From: an uncultured Acidimicrobiia bacterium
Lineage (GTDB): Bacteria; Actinomycetota; Acidimicrobiia; Acidimicrobiales; JAHEJN01
DNA: 52,227 nucleotides
Assembly (NCBI GenBank): GCA_964196475.1
Contig: CAXMUI010000035.1
Span: 1-52,227 of the forward strand
Direction of reading: 5' to 3'
Shown: piece by piece, positions 17,747 through 28,979 of the stretch
How the letters are laid out: every line of letters begins with the position of its first letter
Numbering within the stretch: the stretch's first letter is position 1
Notes under the pieces: generated by a model
Database searches by the model: none
Seen by the model: only the letters and a program-made list of their open reading frames with translations
Told to the model about the DNA's origin: nothing
Position numbers and translations under genes: made by a program

Positions 17747-18604
17747 GTTCGGGGGTGGCGGACCCAAACGGCCGGCAGCGGCGTCCCGTAGCCCCCGAAT
17801 CCGAGCCCTAGCATCAAACCAAGGCGACCGACGCGACGGAAACGCCTCCCCGATGCCGGTAACCACAACCAGGAGACCAGACCGCACAACAGCGGGCCAC
17901 CTGCCAAAACGTTGCCGTGTCATGTACAGCGTGTTGCGCTGCTTGAGGTAGTCGACAATGGCACCACTTCCTGAGGTCCCAGGGTTGTCCACATCAACAC
18001 CGCGGGCCAGGCCTACCTGCCAACCGTGGGCGCGTGCCCGCCATCCCAAATCTGCTTCCTCGCAGTAGGCAAAGAACTCAGGAGAAAATAGGCCAACATC
18101 GTTGGCGCACTGTCGATTGATCATGAGCAGTGTTCCGTGCGGATAGTCCGCGGGTTCGAATCCGCCATAGGACAATGCTGCCCCTGGCAACGCACCCATG
18201 AAGCGGTCCCATGTCGGGCGAGCTTGGTCACCGACATCGGCACACAGTAGGCCTACCCGCCCTTCCCCATCAGCAGACCTCACCAGATCATCCAGAACCG
18301 TCGGACCCAGTCGGGCATCGTGCGGCATGACGACAGCCCAGGGAGTTGTGTGTTCATTAAGCCATCGCTGCAACCCTACGTTCGCCCCCGGTCCAAATCC
18401 CAGGTTGGCGCCTGAATCAATCCACTCGACGTCGTCCAGGTAGCGCACTTGGTCTCGGTGCGGTTCGGTTGAGTCGTTGTCGACCACGATGATATGTGAT
18501 GCCGCTGTTTGGGCGCGGAGATCGGCAACTGTTCGGCGGCACGCGGTTCCTTGATTCCGGTGAACCACCACAACCGATAGGTCGGTAATTATGGCCATCG
18601 TCAA
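17741..18604 (-). CDS. glycosyltransferase family 2 protein
   Basis: LSVVVVHRNQG and IIVVDNDSTE (GT-A DxD region). 287 aa. It starts 4 nt after the gltD stop. Confidence 0.85.
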   Translation of the reverse strand: MTMAIITDLSVVVVHRNQGTACRRTVADLRAQTAASHIIVVDNDSTEPHRDQVRYLDDVEWIDSGANLGFGPGANVGLQRWLNEHTTPWAVVMPHDARLGPTVLDDLVRSADGEGRVGLLCADVGDQARPTWDRFMGALPGAALSYGGFEPADYPHGTLLMINRQCANDVGLFSPEFFAYCEEADLGWRARAHGWQVGLARGVDVDNPGTSGSGAIVDYLKQRNTLYMTRQRFGRWPAVVRSGLLVVVTGIGEAFPSRRSPWFDARARIRGLRDAAAGRLGPPPPNL

Positions 18605-18608
18605 AATG

Positions 18609-20072
18609 TTAGCTAAGCGGCGCGGCGGTTGGCGCGATTGACGTGGGAAGAAGGGTCGAGCCCATCAAGGAACGGTCAACCGATGCGGCGCAGGAACGCC
18701 CCTCGGCGATTGCCCAGACAATGAGACTTTGCCCCCGCCCCATGTCTCCACACACCCATACGTCGTCCACATTCGTTGCCCAATCGTTGGCCCGTGCGAC
18801 ATTGCCACGATCGGTGAGATCCACGCCGAGATCGGCGAGAAGGCCATCTTGTTGGGGACCAGTGAAACCCATCGCCAGCAAAACCAGCTGCGCAGGAAAG
18901 TCTCGCTCGGTGCCTGCCACTGGATCGAAGCTCATGCGGCCGTCGGTGAACATTTGTTGTACCTGCACCGTCCGTAATGACCGCACGTTGCCGGCATCGT
19001 CTTTGAGAAATTCGATTGTGTTCACCGCAAATACCCGTTCGCCGCCTTCCTCGTGAGCCGAGGTGACCTTGTGAGTAAAGGGCCAGGTTGGCCACGGGTG
19101 TGCTTCAGCGCGCTGATCCGGCGGCTGGGGCATGATTTCAAACTGATGTACTGAACGGGCGCCTTGGCGGTGGCTCGTACCAAGGCAATCAGCACCGGTA
19201 TCGCCGCCACCGATGATGACTACATCGAGGCCCGCAGCGGAAATACTGGACTCGACGAGATCACCCGACTGTACGCGGTTAGCCAAGGGCAAGAAATCCA
19301 TGGCCTGAACAATGCCGCCGGCGTCGTGACCCTCGATAGGAAGTCCCCGACGAACGGTTGCCCCGCCCGCCAAGACGACTGCATCAAAGTCTGCCCGAAG
19401 TTGTTCGGCGGAAATGTCAACACCCACATTCACGCTGCAGCGAAAGTTTGTGCCTTCGGCTTCCATTTGCGCGATTCGACGATCGAGGTGATGCTTCTCC
19501 ATCTTGAACTCAGGGATACCGAAACGCAGCAGTCCACCAGGTCGTTCATCGCGTTCAAAGACGGTAACGCTGTGCCCAACACGGGTTAGTTGTTGTGCCG
19601 CTGCCAGGCCAGCCGGACCCGACCCAACTATTGCCACGGTCTTGCCAGTAAGTGAGGTGGGAAGGATCGGCTCGATCCACCCTTCTTGCCAAGCGCGGTC
19701 CACTATCTCGACCTCGACCCGTTTGATCGCTACGGGGTCTTCGTTAATGCCGAGTACGCAGGCCGATTCACATGGGGCGGGACATAGCCGTCCGGTGAAT
19801 TCGGGGAAGTTGTTGGTGGCGTGAAGCCGGTTAATGGCTTCGTTCCAATGGCCTCGATAGACGAGATCATTCCACGACGGGATGAGGTTCCCCAATGGGC
19901 ATCCGTTGTTACAAAACGGGATACCACAATCCATGCACCGGCTGGCCTGGACCTTCAGGGACGCCTCAGGAAAGGGTTCATAAACCTCTTTCCAGTCGCG
20001 GAGGCGAACCGGAACAGGTCGATGGGACGGCGTTTCGCGGTCGTGGTTGATAAATCCTCTTGGGTCACCCAT
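18609..20072 (-). CDS. gltD: glutamate synthase (NADPH) small subunit
   Basis: N-terminal Cys cluster CMDCGIPFCNNGCPLGN, FAD/NAD fold VAIVGSGPAGLAAA, 487 aa, directly downstream of gltB. Confidence 0.95.
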   Translation of the reverse strand: MGDPRGFINHDRETPSHRPVPVRLRDWKEVYEPFPEASLKVQASRCMDCGIPFCNNGCPLGNLIPSWNDLVYRGHWNEAINRLHATNNFPEFTGRLCPAPCESACVLGINEDPVAIKRVEVEIVDRAWQEGWIEPILPTSLTGKTVAIVGSGPAGLAAAQQLTRVGHSVTVFERDERPGGLLRFGIPEFKMEKHHLDRRIAQMEAEGTNFRCSVNVGVDISAEQLRADFDAVVLAGGATVRRGLPIEGHDAGGIVQAMDFLPLANRVQSGDLVESSISAAGLDVVIIGGGDTGADCLGTSHRQGARSVHQFEIMPQPPDQRAEAHPWPTWPFTHKVTSAHEEGGERVFAVNTIEFLKDDAGNVRSLRTVQVQQMFTDGRMSFDPVAGTERDFPAQLVLLAMGFTGPQQDGLLADLGVDLTDRGNVARANDWATNVDDVWVCGDMGRGQSLIVWAIAEGRSCAASVDRSLMGSTLLPTSIAPTAAPLS

Positions 20073-20074
20073 GA

Positions 20075-23000
20075 TTAGCCCCTAACTCCAGCCATGACGG
20101 CTTCATCGGGATCGCGCCCTTCGTCCAACGCCAATGCCTGAGCCGCTAGGACCCGCTTGTAGTCACGTGGCATTACCTTGACGAATTTGTTGTGTGCTGC
20201 GTCCCAGTCATTGAGAATTCGGTCGGCCACTGATGAGTCGGTGATGGTGCGGTGCTCCTCGACAATGCTTTTCAGCCAGCGAAGGTCGTCGGGTTCCGGA
20301 GTTTCGAGGTCAACCATTTCGCCGTTGACACGTCCGGCGAAAGTGCCGTCTATGTCGTAGACGTAGGCGATACCCCCGGACATGCCAGCTCCAAAATTAC
20401 GGCCAGTCTCACCCAAAATGACGGCGCGGCCGCCGGTCATGTACTCGCAGCCATGGTCACCAATACCTTCGACGACTGCCGTAGCTCCCGAGTTACGAAC
20501 GCAGAACCGTTCGCCGACAAGCCCACGAAAGAACGCAGCTCCGTCGGTTGCGCCGTACAGCAGTACGTTGCCAGCGATCACGCTTTGTTCGGCCACGAAA
20601 CCCACATTGTCGGCGGGTCGAACGCTCACGCGTCCTCCCGAGAGCCCTTTGCCGACGTAATCATTGGCGTCCCCAACAAGTTCGAGGGTGATACCCCGGG
20701 GCAGGAAGGCTCCCAGGCTATTGCCCGCTGCACCTTCTAGGCGGACATGGATCGTGTCGTCGGGAAGACCCTCGGCGCCATAGGCCACGGTGACCCTATT
20801 GCCCAGCATGGTGCCTACGGTGCGATTCACATTGCGGATTGGCAGATCGATCACAACCTTTTCGCCTCGCTCTAGCGCAGGGGCAGACAAGGCAATTAGT
20901 TGATTGTCCATCGCTTCGGCCAATCCGTGGTCTTGCTCGCCTGTGCAATAGAGGGCGGATCCGTCGGGCACGTCGGGCTTGTGGAGGATGGGGCTGAGGT
21001 CGAGACCCGCTGCCTTCCAATGATCTATGGCATCAGACACATCAAGAGCATCGACCCGACCAATCGCTTCTTCGATGCTGCGAAATCCGAGTTTGGCCAA
21101 CAATTCGCGAACTTCCTCGGCGATGTATTCCATGAACGTCACGACGAACTCGGGCTTGCCAGAGAAGTTCTTGCGGAGCTCGGGATCCTGCGTTGCTACA
21201 CCAACGGGGCAGGTATCGAGATGGCATGCACGCATCATCACGCAACCTTGCACTACTAAGGGTGCCGTGGCGAAGCCAAACTCTTCGCCCCCTAGCAGTG
21301 TGGCGATCATGACGTCACGCCCGGTTTTAAGCTGTCCGTCGGTTTGCACCACAATGCGATCGCGCAGGCCGTTAAGCAGAAGCGTCTGCTGGGTTTCGGC
21401 CAGGCCAAGTTCCCACGGCGTACCGGCGTGCTTGACCGACGTAAGCGGAGAGGCGCCGGTGCCACCGTCGTTGCCAGATATGAGGACTACATCGGCGTGC
21501 GCTTTGGCAACGCCGGTCGCAACGGTACCGACCCCGAGTTCAGCCACGAGTTTCACGTGGATGCGCGCCAGCGGATTGGCGTTTTTGAGGTCGTGGATCA
21601 GTTGGGCTAGATCCTCGATGGAGTAGATGTCGTGGTGCGGCGGTGGCGAAATGAGGCCCACGCCGACAGTCGAGTGGCGAACCTCAGCAATCCATGGCCA
21701 AACCTTGTGACCAGGAAGTTGGCCGCCCTCCCCTGGCTTGGCGCCCTGCGCCATCTTGATCTGGATGTCGTCAGCATTTACGAGATAGTCGCTGGTGACA
21801 CCGAATCGGCCCGAAGCGGCCTGTTTGATGGCCGATCGCCGCGAATCACCGTTGGCATCGGGTGTGAAGCGTTCGGGGTTTTCACCACCTTCGCCCGTAT
21901 TGGATTTGGCCCCGATGCGGTTCATGGCGATAGCCAAGGACTCGTGCGCCTCAGCCGAGATTGAGCCATAGGACATGGCACCAGTGGAGAAACGCTTAAC
22001 AATCTCACTTACGGGTTCGACGTCGTCAATTGGTATGGCCCGACGATCGCCATCACGAAACCGGAAAAGCCCACGAAGCGTGGCCAGTTGGGTGGACTGA
22101 TCGTCAATAAGGCTGGTGTATTCCTTAAAGATGTCATAGCGCTTGGAACGGGTGCCATGTTGCAACTTGAATACGGTCTCGGGGTTGAACAGGTGGTACT
22201 CGCCTTCGCGGCGCCACTTGTACTCGCCGCCACCCTCGAGTTCGCGGTGGGCGCGTCCTTCCGGTGTCTTTGGATAAGCCAAGGCATGTCGGGCGGAAAT
22301 TCCCATCGCAATCTGCGCGTAGCCAATACCACCCAATCGCGAGACGGTACCCGTGAAGCAATCCATGACCAGCGGTGTTCCAAGGCCTATGGCCTCAAAG
22401 ATCTGGGACCCTGTGTAACTGCGGACTGTAGAGATGCCCATCTTGGACATGATCTTGAGGGCACCGAGATCGCACGCTTTGATGTAGTTGCTGTGTGCCT
22501 CGGCTTTCGTCACGTCCGCAAAGCCATACAGACCACGATCGACAAGGTCGTCGATAGTGTCGAAGGCGAGATACGGGTTGACGGCCGTTGCGCCGTAGCC
22601 CAACAGCATGCAGATGTGGTGCACCTCGCGGGCCTCGCCTGTTTCCACAACAATGCCGACTTTGCTGCGAGTCTTCTCGCGTACGAGATGGTGGTGGACC
22701 GCCCCTACAGCGAGTACCGAAGGAATCGGCGCCAAGTCTGCGTTCGTCTCACGGTCACTCAAAATGATGATGTTCTTGCCCGCGGCAATTGCGGCATCGA
22801 CGTGACTTCGCACGTTTTGAATAGCCACGCGCAGACCGGCGCCGCCGGCTTCGATTTCGTACACACACGGCACAATTTCAGCACTAAAGCCGGAAAGGTC
22901 GCCTGTGCCGTTGAGGGCGGCGATGTTTCCCAGTTCAGCGGTCGTGATGACCGGGTGGGGGACAAAGATCTGCTCGCATGACTGCGGCGAGGCATCCAAC

Positions 23001-24727
23001 AAGTTGCTTTCTGGACCCAGCCAATTGCACACAGCAGTAACTAGCTCTTCGCGCATGGCGTCGAGCGGCGGGTTCGTGACTTGCGCAAAAAGTTGTTTGA
23101 AGTAGTCAAAGAGCAGACGCGGTCGGTTCGACAACACGGCAAGTGGCGTATCGGTTCCCATGGAGCCAATAGCCTCTTTGCCGCCGATAGCCATTGGCGC
23201 CAGAAGCAATTTGAGTTCTTCGTGCGTGTAGCCGAACAACAACTGTCGGCTAGTGAGCGACTCTTCTTCAACTGCTTCCTGCCGAGGGGCCGGCGGCAGT
23301 TCACCCAACTCGACCTGGTACTCATCAAGCCATGCTTGGGAGTCGCGGCTATTTTGGAAGCGTTGTTTGATTTCATGGTCGCGAACAATCCGACCCTCTT
23401 CGAAATCGATCAAAAACATACGCCCGGGACGAAGACGACCCTTTTCGACGATGTTGGCGGGGTCGACGTCAACGACGCCGACCTCAGACGCCATGATGAC
23501 CATGTCCTCGTCGGTGACCCAATACCGGGATGGGCGTAGGCCGTTGCGATCAAGAATTGCACCGATTTGGTTGCCGTCGGAGAAGACGATGGAGGCTGGG
23601 CCGTCCCACGGTTCCATCATGGACGCATTGACTCGGTAATAGGCCCTAAGTGCTGGGTCCATTGACTCGTGACGTTCCCATGGCTCGGGGATCATCATCA
23701 TGATGGCCTCGGGTAAGGAGTAACCGCCCATATGCAGCAATTCGAGTACTTCGTCAAAGGCCGCTGTATCGGAAGCTCCCGGGTTACAAATCGGGAAGAT
23801 TCGCTCAAGCTCACCCGGCAGTTTGGCGGATGCTAAAAGGTCTTCGCGAGCACGCATCCAGTTGCGGTTGCCCTGCACGGTGTTGATTTCACCGTTATGA
23901 GCAACATAGCGATATGGGTGGGCCAGAGGCCAGGAAGGAAAGGTGTTCGTTGAGAATCGTGAATGCACGATTGCCAATGCGCTTTCCACTCGTTCATCCA
24001 TGAGTTCGGGATAGAAATCGGCCAGCTGCGGTGTGGTGAGCATGCCCTTGTACACAAAGGTGCGACAAGAAAAGCTCGGAAAATACACGCGCCGCATGGT
24101 GTTCGTAGATCCACCCATGCCTCCGGCTTGGGCGGCGTCCATTTCAACTTCTACTTCGTGCTCAATTCGCTTGCGGAGCATGTAGGCCCGTCGCTCGAGC
24201 TCGATGCCGCTGAATTCGCCATTGGTCAGAAAGGGTTGCCAAAACGACGGCATCGCCGAGCGTGCCCCGCTGCCGAGGGTGGTTGGATCGGTGGGAACTT
24301 CGCGCCAACCCAAAACGGTGAAGTTCTCATCCGCGGCGAGGGTTTCAATTTGGGTGCGTGCCCGGGTTGAAGCATCAGCGTCTGCTGGCAAGAAGCCAAT
24401 CCCGGTTACGTAACTACCTGAGGCGGGAAGTTCGAAATCGACGATGGCTCGAAGAAACTTGTCGGGAACCTGCAACAACATGCCAGCTCCGTCGCCGGTG
24501 TTTTCTTCGGCGCCTACCGCTCCTCGGTGTTGAAGATTACATAGCGCCGCAAATCCGGTCGCCACGATCTTGTGACTCTTGCGGCCTTGCAGGTCAGCAA
24601 CGAAGTTGACACCACAGGAGTCGTGTTCGTTCGCCGGATCGTAGAGTCCCTGTGCAGGTGGCAGATCAGGATTGCTCGGGAACGCCTGGCTGGGTTGGCG
24701 TTCGGTGGACAGCGCAGCAGAACGCAT
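20075..24727 (-). CDS. gltB: glutamate synthase large subunit
   Basis: 1550 aa. Ntn amidotransferase start [14 protein letters not shown]/Fe-S domain motifs, C-terminal GXGXG beta-helix repeats. AAGAAGG RBS upstream. Confidence 0.97.
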   Translation of the reverse strand: MRSAALSTERQPSQAFPSNPDLPPAQGLYDPANEHDSCGVNFVADLQGRKSHKIVATGFAALCNLQHRGAVGAEENTGDGAGMLLQVPDKFLRAIVDFELPASGSYVTGIGFLPADADASTRARTQIETLAADENFTVLGWREVPTDPTTLGSGARSAMPSFWQPFLTNGEFSGIELERRAYMLRKRIEHEVEVEMDAAQAGGMGGSTNTMRRVYFPSFSCRTFVYKGMLTTPQLADFYPELMDERVESALAIVHSRFSTNTFPSWPLAHPYRYVAHNGEINTVQGNRNWMRAREDLLASAKLPGELERIFPICNPGASDTAAFDEVLELLHMGGYSLPEAIMMMIPEPWERHESMDPALRAYYRVNASMMEPWDGPASIVFSDGNQIGAILDRNGLRPSRYWVTDEDMVIMASEVGVVDVDPANIVEKGRLRPGRMFLIDFEEGRIVRDHEIKQRFQNSRDSQAWLDEYQVELGELPPAPRQEAVEEESLTSRQLLFGYTHEELKLLLAPMAIGGKEAIGSMGTDTPLAVLSNRPRLLFDYFKQLFAQVTNPPLDAMREELVTAVCNWLGPESNLLDASPQSCEQIFVPHPVITTAELGNIAALNGTGDLSGFSAEIVPCVYEIEAGGAGLRVAIQNVRSHVDAAIAAGKNIIILSDRETNADLAPIPSVLAVGAVHHHLVREKTRSKVGIVVETGEAREVHHICMLLGYGATAVNPYLAFDTIDDLVDRGLYGFADVTKAEAHSNYIKACDLGALKIMSKMGISTVRSYTGSQIFEAIGLGTPLVMDCFTGTVSRLGGIGYAQIAMGISARHALAYPKTPEGRAHRELEGGGEYKWRREGEYHLFNPETVFKLQHGTRSKRYDIFKEYTSLIDDQSTQLATLRGLFRFRDGDRRAIPIDDVEPVSEIVKRFSTGAMSYGSISAEAHESLAIAMNRIGAKSNTGEGGENPERFTPDANGDSRRSAIKQAASGRFGVTSDYLVNADDIQIKMAQGAKPGEGGQLPGHKVWPWIAEVRHSTVGVGLISPPPHHDIYSIEDLAQLIHDLKNANPLARIHVKLVAELGVGTVATGVAKAHADVVLISGNDGGTGASPLTSVKHAGTPWELGLAETQQTLLLNGLRDRIVVQTDGQLKTGRDVMIATLLGGEEFGFATAPLVVQGCVMMRACHLDTCPVGVATQDPELRKNFSGKPEFVVTFMEYIAEEVRELLAKLGFRSIEEAIGRVDALDVSDAIDHWKAAGLDLSPILHKPDVPDGSALYCTGEQDHGLAEAMDNQLIALSAPALERGEKVVIDLPIRNVNRTVGTMLGNRVTVAYGAEGLPDDTIHVRLEGAAGNSLGAFLPRGITLELVGDANDYVGKGLSGGRVSVRPADNVGFVAEQSVIAGNVLLYGATDGAAFFRGLVGERFCVRNSGATAVVEGIGDHGCEYMTGGRAVILGETGRNFGAGMSGGIAYVYDIDGTFAGRVNGEMVDLETPEPDDLRWLKSIVEEHRTITDSSVADRILNDWDAAHNKFVKVMPRDYKRVLAAQALALDEGRDPDEAVMAGVRG

Positions 24728-24799
24728 TGGCCTTCTTTCAGGTACTTACGGAAGCTTTAGGAATTAGTTGGGGGGATTTCGCGCTATTGGGCCATAGTT

Positions 24800-26116
24800 G
24801 TGGCCATGGACTCGACACCCAATGACCGCAACGGCCCTCCAGCAGCAGACGCCTACCTTAGCTCGCTTATCGCGTTTCTAGATAGATCTTCCTCTCCCTA
24901 TCACGGAATACGATATTCGATTGAGCTGCTGCAGGCAGTCGGTTTTGTCGAAAGGTCTGAAAAATCGCTCTGGGACGGGGCTGCCGGCCGGTGGTATGTT
25001 CAGCGCTCCGGTTCGCTGATTGCCTGGGTTCATGCTGGCCAGTCCGCCGATACCGGGTTTCGGTTAGTTGGGGCCCATACCGACAGCCCGAACCTTCGGC
25101 TCAAGCCCCAACAGGGTCGTACCTCTGGCCAGCATGCCCAGGTTGCCATCGAGGTGTACGGCGGGATTCTGGCCAACACGTGGCTAGATCGCGACCTGGG
25201 AATTTCGGGTCGTTTGGTTTTGCGAGATGGGTCAAACCCTCTGGTTCGCATTAACAAGCCGTTATGTCGTATCTCACAATTGGCGATTCACCTCGACCCT
25301 GAACTGCGTGCCACGGGCCTGCAACTTAATTCTCAGCAGCACCTCACGCCATCTTGGGCACTTGGAGAGTCTGCATCGCTAATCGATCTCATCGCCGAGT
25401 CGGTTGGTGTCACTGCACCCGACATTTTGGCTCACGATTTGATGCTGCACGATGTCGTAGGCGCAACAGTAGGTGGAGCAAACGGCGAATTCCTTAACTC
25501 GTCACGCATCGACAACCTTGTCTCGTGCCATGCCGGAATTAGTGCGCTTATTACTACCGCTCCAGAGGCCGCAGACCACATTCCGATTTTGGCCATGTTC
25601 GACCATGAAGAAGTCGGTAGCGTTTCGGCTGTTGGCGCCGCATCAAACTTCTTGCCGTCGGCCCTTGGTCGCATCATTGCATCCGCGGGCGGACCGGACT
25701 CCGGGCTAAGCAGCCAAACCGCAGGAATCGCCCTCGCCAAATCGGCATGCATTTCGGCCGATGGTGCCCATGCTACTCATCCCAACTACGCCGATCGCCA
25801 CGACCCCCATCACCTCATTGACTTGAATGGAGGTCCTGTCCTCAAACATAACGCCAATGAGCGTTACGCAACCGATGCTGCATCCGCGGCGCTCTTCCGC
25901 ATGGCTTGCGATGACGCGGGCGTTCCGATGCAAGAGTTTGTCAGTCGTAACGACTCCCCTTGCGGTTCGACAATTGGACCAACCACGGCGGCCAAACTCG
26001 GGATTTCTACTGTCGATGCAGGCGTAGCCCAGTTGAGCATGCATTCCATCCGGGAAATGTGTGGAACCCAGGACCCCTATGCGTTCGCTCAAGCGTTGAC
26101 GAAATTTTACTGCTAA
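24800..26116 (+). CDS. M18 family aminopeptidase (aspartyl aminopeptidase-like)
   Basis: GAHTDSPNLRLKP, FDHEEVGS and SADGAHATHPNY motifs. 438 aa. An ATG at 24806 is an alternative start. Confidence 0.9.
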   Translation: MAMDSTPNDRNGPPAADAYLSSLIAFLDRSSSPYHGIRYSIELLQAVGFVERSEKSLWDGAAGRWYVQRSGSLIAWVHAGQSADTGFRLVGAHTDSPNLRLKPQQGRTSGQHAQVAIEVYGGILANTWLDRDLGISGRLVLRDGSNPLVRINKPLCRISQLAIHLDPELRATGLQLNSQQHLTPSWALGESASLIDLIAESVGVTAPDILAHDLMLHDVVGATVGGANGEFLNSSRIDNLVSCHAGISALITTAPEAADHIPILAMFDHEEVGSVSAVGAASNFLPSALGRIIASAGGPDSGLSSQTAGIALAKSACISADGAHATHPNYADRHDPHHLIDLNGGPVLKHNANERYATDAASAALFRMACDDAGVPMQEFVSRNDSPCGSTIGPTTAAKLGISTVDAGVAQLSMHSIREMCGTQDPYAFAQALTKFYC

Positions 26117-26172
26117 GTCATACATCGTTCTTTGCTCGACGCACCCGCCACACCTCTGTTCGACACCATCGC

Positions 26173-26763
26173 TTACGAGGACCGCTCGCCGTAATAGGTG
26201 CGCTCCTCGGTGATGATCTGGTCCAACTGGATATCGGCGGCACGCGTGGGTACAACATCCACTTTCTGGCCCTCGTAAGCAATCCCGATCAGGACCGTTG
26301 AATCGGATCGTTGGGCCAACGTCTTGTCGTACCACCCACCACCGCGACCCGCACGGTTGCATTGGGCATCGAACAATACAAGCGGCACAAAGATGACGTC
26401 AATCTGGTCAATTGGTACCCATATAGGGTCCGCTGGTTCCAGCATCCCGTACCTGTTGAGCACGGTTGCAGCCAAGTCGTCATGGACCGCGAATCGCAAC
26501 CCATGTGTGTCCAACGTCGGTTCGACGACAACCACATCGACGCTATTGGCCCATTCGTGTACCAAATCCATTGAAGGCTCGCCATCATCAGCCAAATAGG
26601 AGGCCACGATTCTGGCCTGGCTCTTTTCGGCCATTTTGATAGCTTGACCTGCAATTTTGCGGTCTGCAGCGCTGCGATCATTGGCATTTTTTGCCTGTCG
26701 ATGCGTGCGCGCCACTTTGCGCATTTCAGACAACCCAATTCTCATGTTGTCCCCAGTACTCAT
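26173..26763 (-). CDS. 5-formyltetrahydrofolate cyclo-ligase
   Basis: DVIFVPLVLFDAQCNRAGRGGGWYDK matches the MTHFS GxGGGxYD signature. 196 aa. Confidence 0.85.
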   Translation of the reverse strand: MSTGDNMRIGLSEMRKVARTHRQAKNANDRSAADRKIAGQAIKMAEKSQARIVASYLADDGEPSMDLVHEWANSVDVVVVEPTLDTHGLRFAVHDDLAATVLNRYGMLEPADPIWVPIDQIDVIFVPLVLFDAQCNRAGRGGGWYDKTLAQRSDSTVLIGIAYEGQKVDVVPTRAADIQLDQIITEERTYYGERSS

Positions 26764-26819
26764 CGCGCGTTACCTTTTAGCGGTTACTTATTAACTCTTG
26801 AAGGAGATGACGACTCCAC

Positions 26820-28913
26820 ATGGACATCGTCCCATATCTAGCTGCACTAAGCGCGCTCGGCGCTCTTGGCCTTGCGGCCTACTTTTTTACTCTAGTAAAA
26901 GCCGCCGACCCCGGCGACGAACGCATGGTCTTTATCATGACCGAAATCCAGAAGGGTGCAAAAGCCTTTCTCAAGGCGGAGTACACCTGGGTATCTGGTT
27001 TCGTCGTCATCATGATGATTCTCCTCGGCGTTGTGGTCGATCCACTGGCGCCTATTACCTACTTCCTCGGCGCGGTACTTTCCGGTGGCGCGGGGTATGT
27101 CGGCATGACCGTGGCCACCATGGCCAACGCTCGTACCACCCAAGCAGCCAAGGACGGACCCGGTGCAGCACTTGCCGTAGCATTCCGTGGCGGCGCGGTC
27201 ATGGGCTTCACTGTGGCCGGTCTAGCTCTGCTCGGACTCATGAGCGTTTACCTCGTGTTCGTCGAATGGCTTGCCGTTGACAACGCCTTCGAGGTAGTTA
27301 CTGCCTTTGGTCTGGGTGCATCCTCTATCGCACTCTTCTCTCGCGTAGGCGGCGGTATCTTTACCAAAGCTGCCGACGTCGGCGCTGACCTCGTCGGCAA
27401 AGTCGAAGCTGGCATCCCCGAAGATGACCCGCGCAACCCTGCGACCATCGCCGATAATGTCGGAGACAACGTAGGCGACGTTGCTGGCATGGGCGCCGAC
27501 TTGTTCGAGTCCTACGCCGGCTCGATTATCGCGCCAATCTCGCTTATTGCTTTCGCAAGCGGGCTTGTCGCTGAGGACGCCGGAAACGAGAACGTCTTAC
27601 CTTTCCTTGTCTTCCCGATGTTCGTTGCCTTCGTTGGCATGATCGGTTCAATCATTGGCTCGTTCACCGTAAAAGGTGGCACCTCCACTGATTCCAAGGC
27701 GCTGGCCAAGGCTCTACACATGGGTACTAACGTGGCCATGGCCGTCACCGTCGTCGGCGTCATTGGTGGCGCTTACTGGATGTTCGGTGACGACGCGCTC
27801 TTCGCCGAGGGTAAGCCTTGGGGTATAGCCCTTTCCGTTATTGGCGGCCTCGTTGTGGGTTGGGCGCTTGGCAAGACTGCCGAGTACTACACGTCTGACC
27901 ACTTCAAGCCGGTAAAGGACATTGCTCACCAGACCGAAACCGGTCCGGCTACCACCATCTTAAAAGGCATCAGCGTCGGCATGGTGTCCGTCGCGGCATC
28001 CGTTGCGCTGATCCTTATCGGTATCTTGATCGCCTACTGGGGCGGCGAGCAGACCTTCGGCGAAGGCGGCATCGGCGGCCTCTACGGCATTGCTGTAGCC
28101 GCCATCGGCATGTTGGCAACCACTGGTGTGGTTGTCTCGGTTGACGCTTACGGCCCAATCGCAGACAACGCCGGAGGTATTGCCGAAATGGCCGACCTCG
28201 ATCCTTCGGTGCGCGAAGTAACCGATGCGCTCGACTCGTTGGGGAACACCACCGCTGCTATGGCCAAGGGCTTCGCGGTTGGCTCAGCCGCACTCACCGC
28301 TCTTGCCCTGTTCAAGAGCTTCGAGTTTGCTGTAGCGCAAGCGGGAACTGATCTCAACCTCAACATTGGCGAAGTCGATGTATTTGTTGGCCTGTTCATT
28401 GGCGCTGGTCTTCCGTTCTTGTTTGCTGCGCTCACCATCGATGCTGTTGGTCGTGCTGCTTTCAAGATGATCGAAGAAGTCCGCCGTCAGTTCCGGGAGA
28501 TCCCCGGGCTTCGCGAAGGCAAGCCGGGCGTCATTCCTGACTCAGCTCGCTGTGTGGCGATCTCCACCGACGCCTCTCTCAAAGAGATGATCGTCCCCGG
28601 TTCGCTCGCCATCGTGGTGCCTCTCGCTGTCGGTTTCATCAGCGTGGATGCCCTTGGCGGCTTACTTGCGGGGGCCTTGGTAACCGGTTTCGCCCTGGCC
28701 ATCTTCATGTCCAACTCGGGTGGCGCTTGGGATAATGCCAAGAAGTACATCGAAGCAGGCGCTCATGGCGGCAAGGGTTCCGACGCTCACAAGGCTGCTG
28801 TAGTGGGTGACACCGTTGGTGACCCGTTCAAGGACACCTCAGGCCCAGCCATGAACATCTTGTTGAAAGTCATGACGATCGTCTCGCTCGTCTTCGCTAG
28901 CTCTTTCGTATAA
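26820..28913 (+). CDS. hppA: membrane-bound proton/sodium-translocating pyrophosphatase
   Basis: 697 aa polytopic protein with GGGIFTKAADVGADLVGKVE, DNVGDNVGD and VGDTVGDPFKDTSGP motifs. Confidence 0.95.
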   Translation: MDIVPYLAALSALGALGLAAYFFTLVKAADPGDERMVFIMTEIQKGAKAFLKAEYTWVSGFVVIMMILLGVVVDPLAPITYFLGAVLSGGAGYVGMTVATMANARTTQAAKDGPGAALAVAFRGGAVMGFTVAGLALLGLMSVYLVFVEWLAVDNAFEVVTAFGLGASSIALFSRVGGGIFTKAADVGADLVGKVEAGIPEDDPRNPATIADNVGDNVGDVAGMGADLFESYAGSIIAPISLIAFASGLVAEDAGNENVLPFLVFPMFVAFVGMIGSIIGSFTVKGGTSTDSKALAKALHMGTNVAMAVTVVGVIGGAYWMFGDDALFAEGKPWGIALSVIGGLVVGWALGKTAEYYTSDHFKPVKDIAHQTETGPATTILKGISVGMVSVAASVALILIGILIAYWGGEQTFGEGGIGGLYGIAVAAIGMLATTGVVVSVDAYGPIADNAGGIAEMADLDPSVREVTDALDSLGNTTAAMAKGFAVGSAALTALALFKSFEFAVAQAGTDLNLNIGEVDVFVGLFIGAGLPFLFAALTIDAVGRAAFKMIEEVRRQFREIPGLREGKPGVIPDSARCVAISTDASLKEMIVPGSLAIVVPLAVGFISVDALGGLLAGALVTGFALAIFMSNSGGAWDNAKKYIEAGAHGGKGSDAHKAAVVGDTVGDPFKDTSGPAMNILLKVMTIVSLVFASSFV

Positions 28914-28935
28914 GCACCAGCAACAATTCAAATTG

Positions 28936-28976
28936 CAAGGCGGCCCCGGATAAATTCCGGGGCCGCCTTCGTTTTC
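28936..28976. terminator. bidirectional rho-independent terminator between convergent hppA and the pentapeptide gene
   Basis: 13 bp perfect GC-rich stem AAGGCGGCCCCGG / CCGGGGCCGCCTT with a 7 nt loop ATAAATT, followed by CGTTTTCG. Confidence 0.75.
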
Positions 28977-28979
28977 GAA

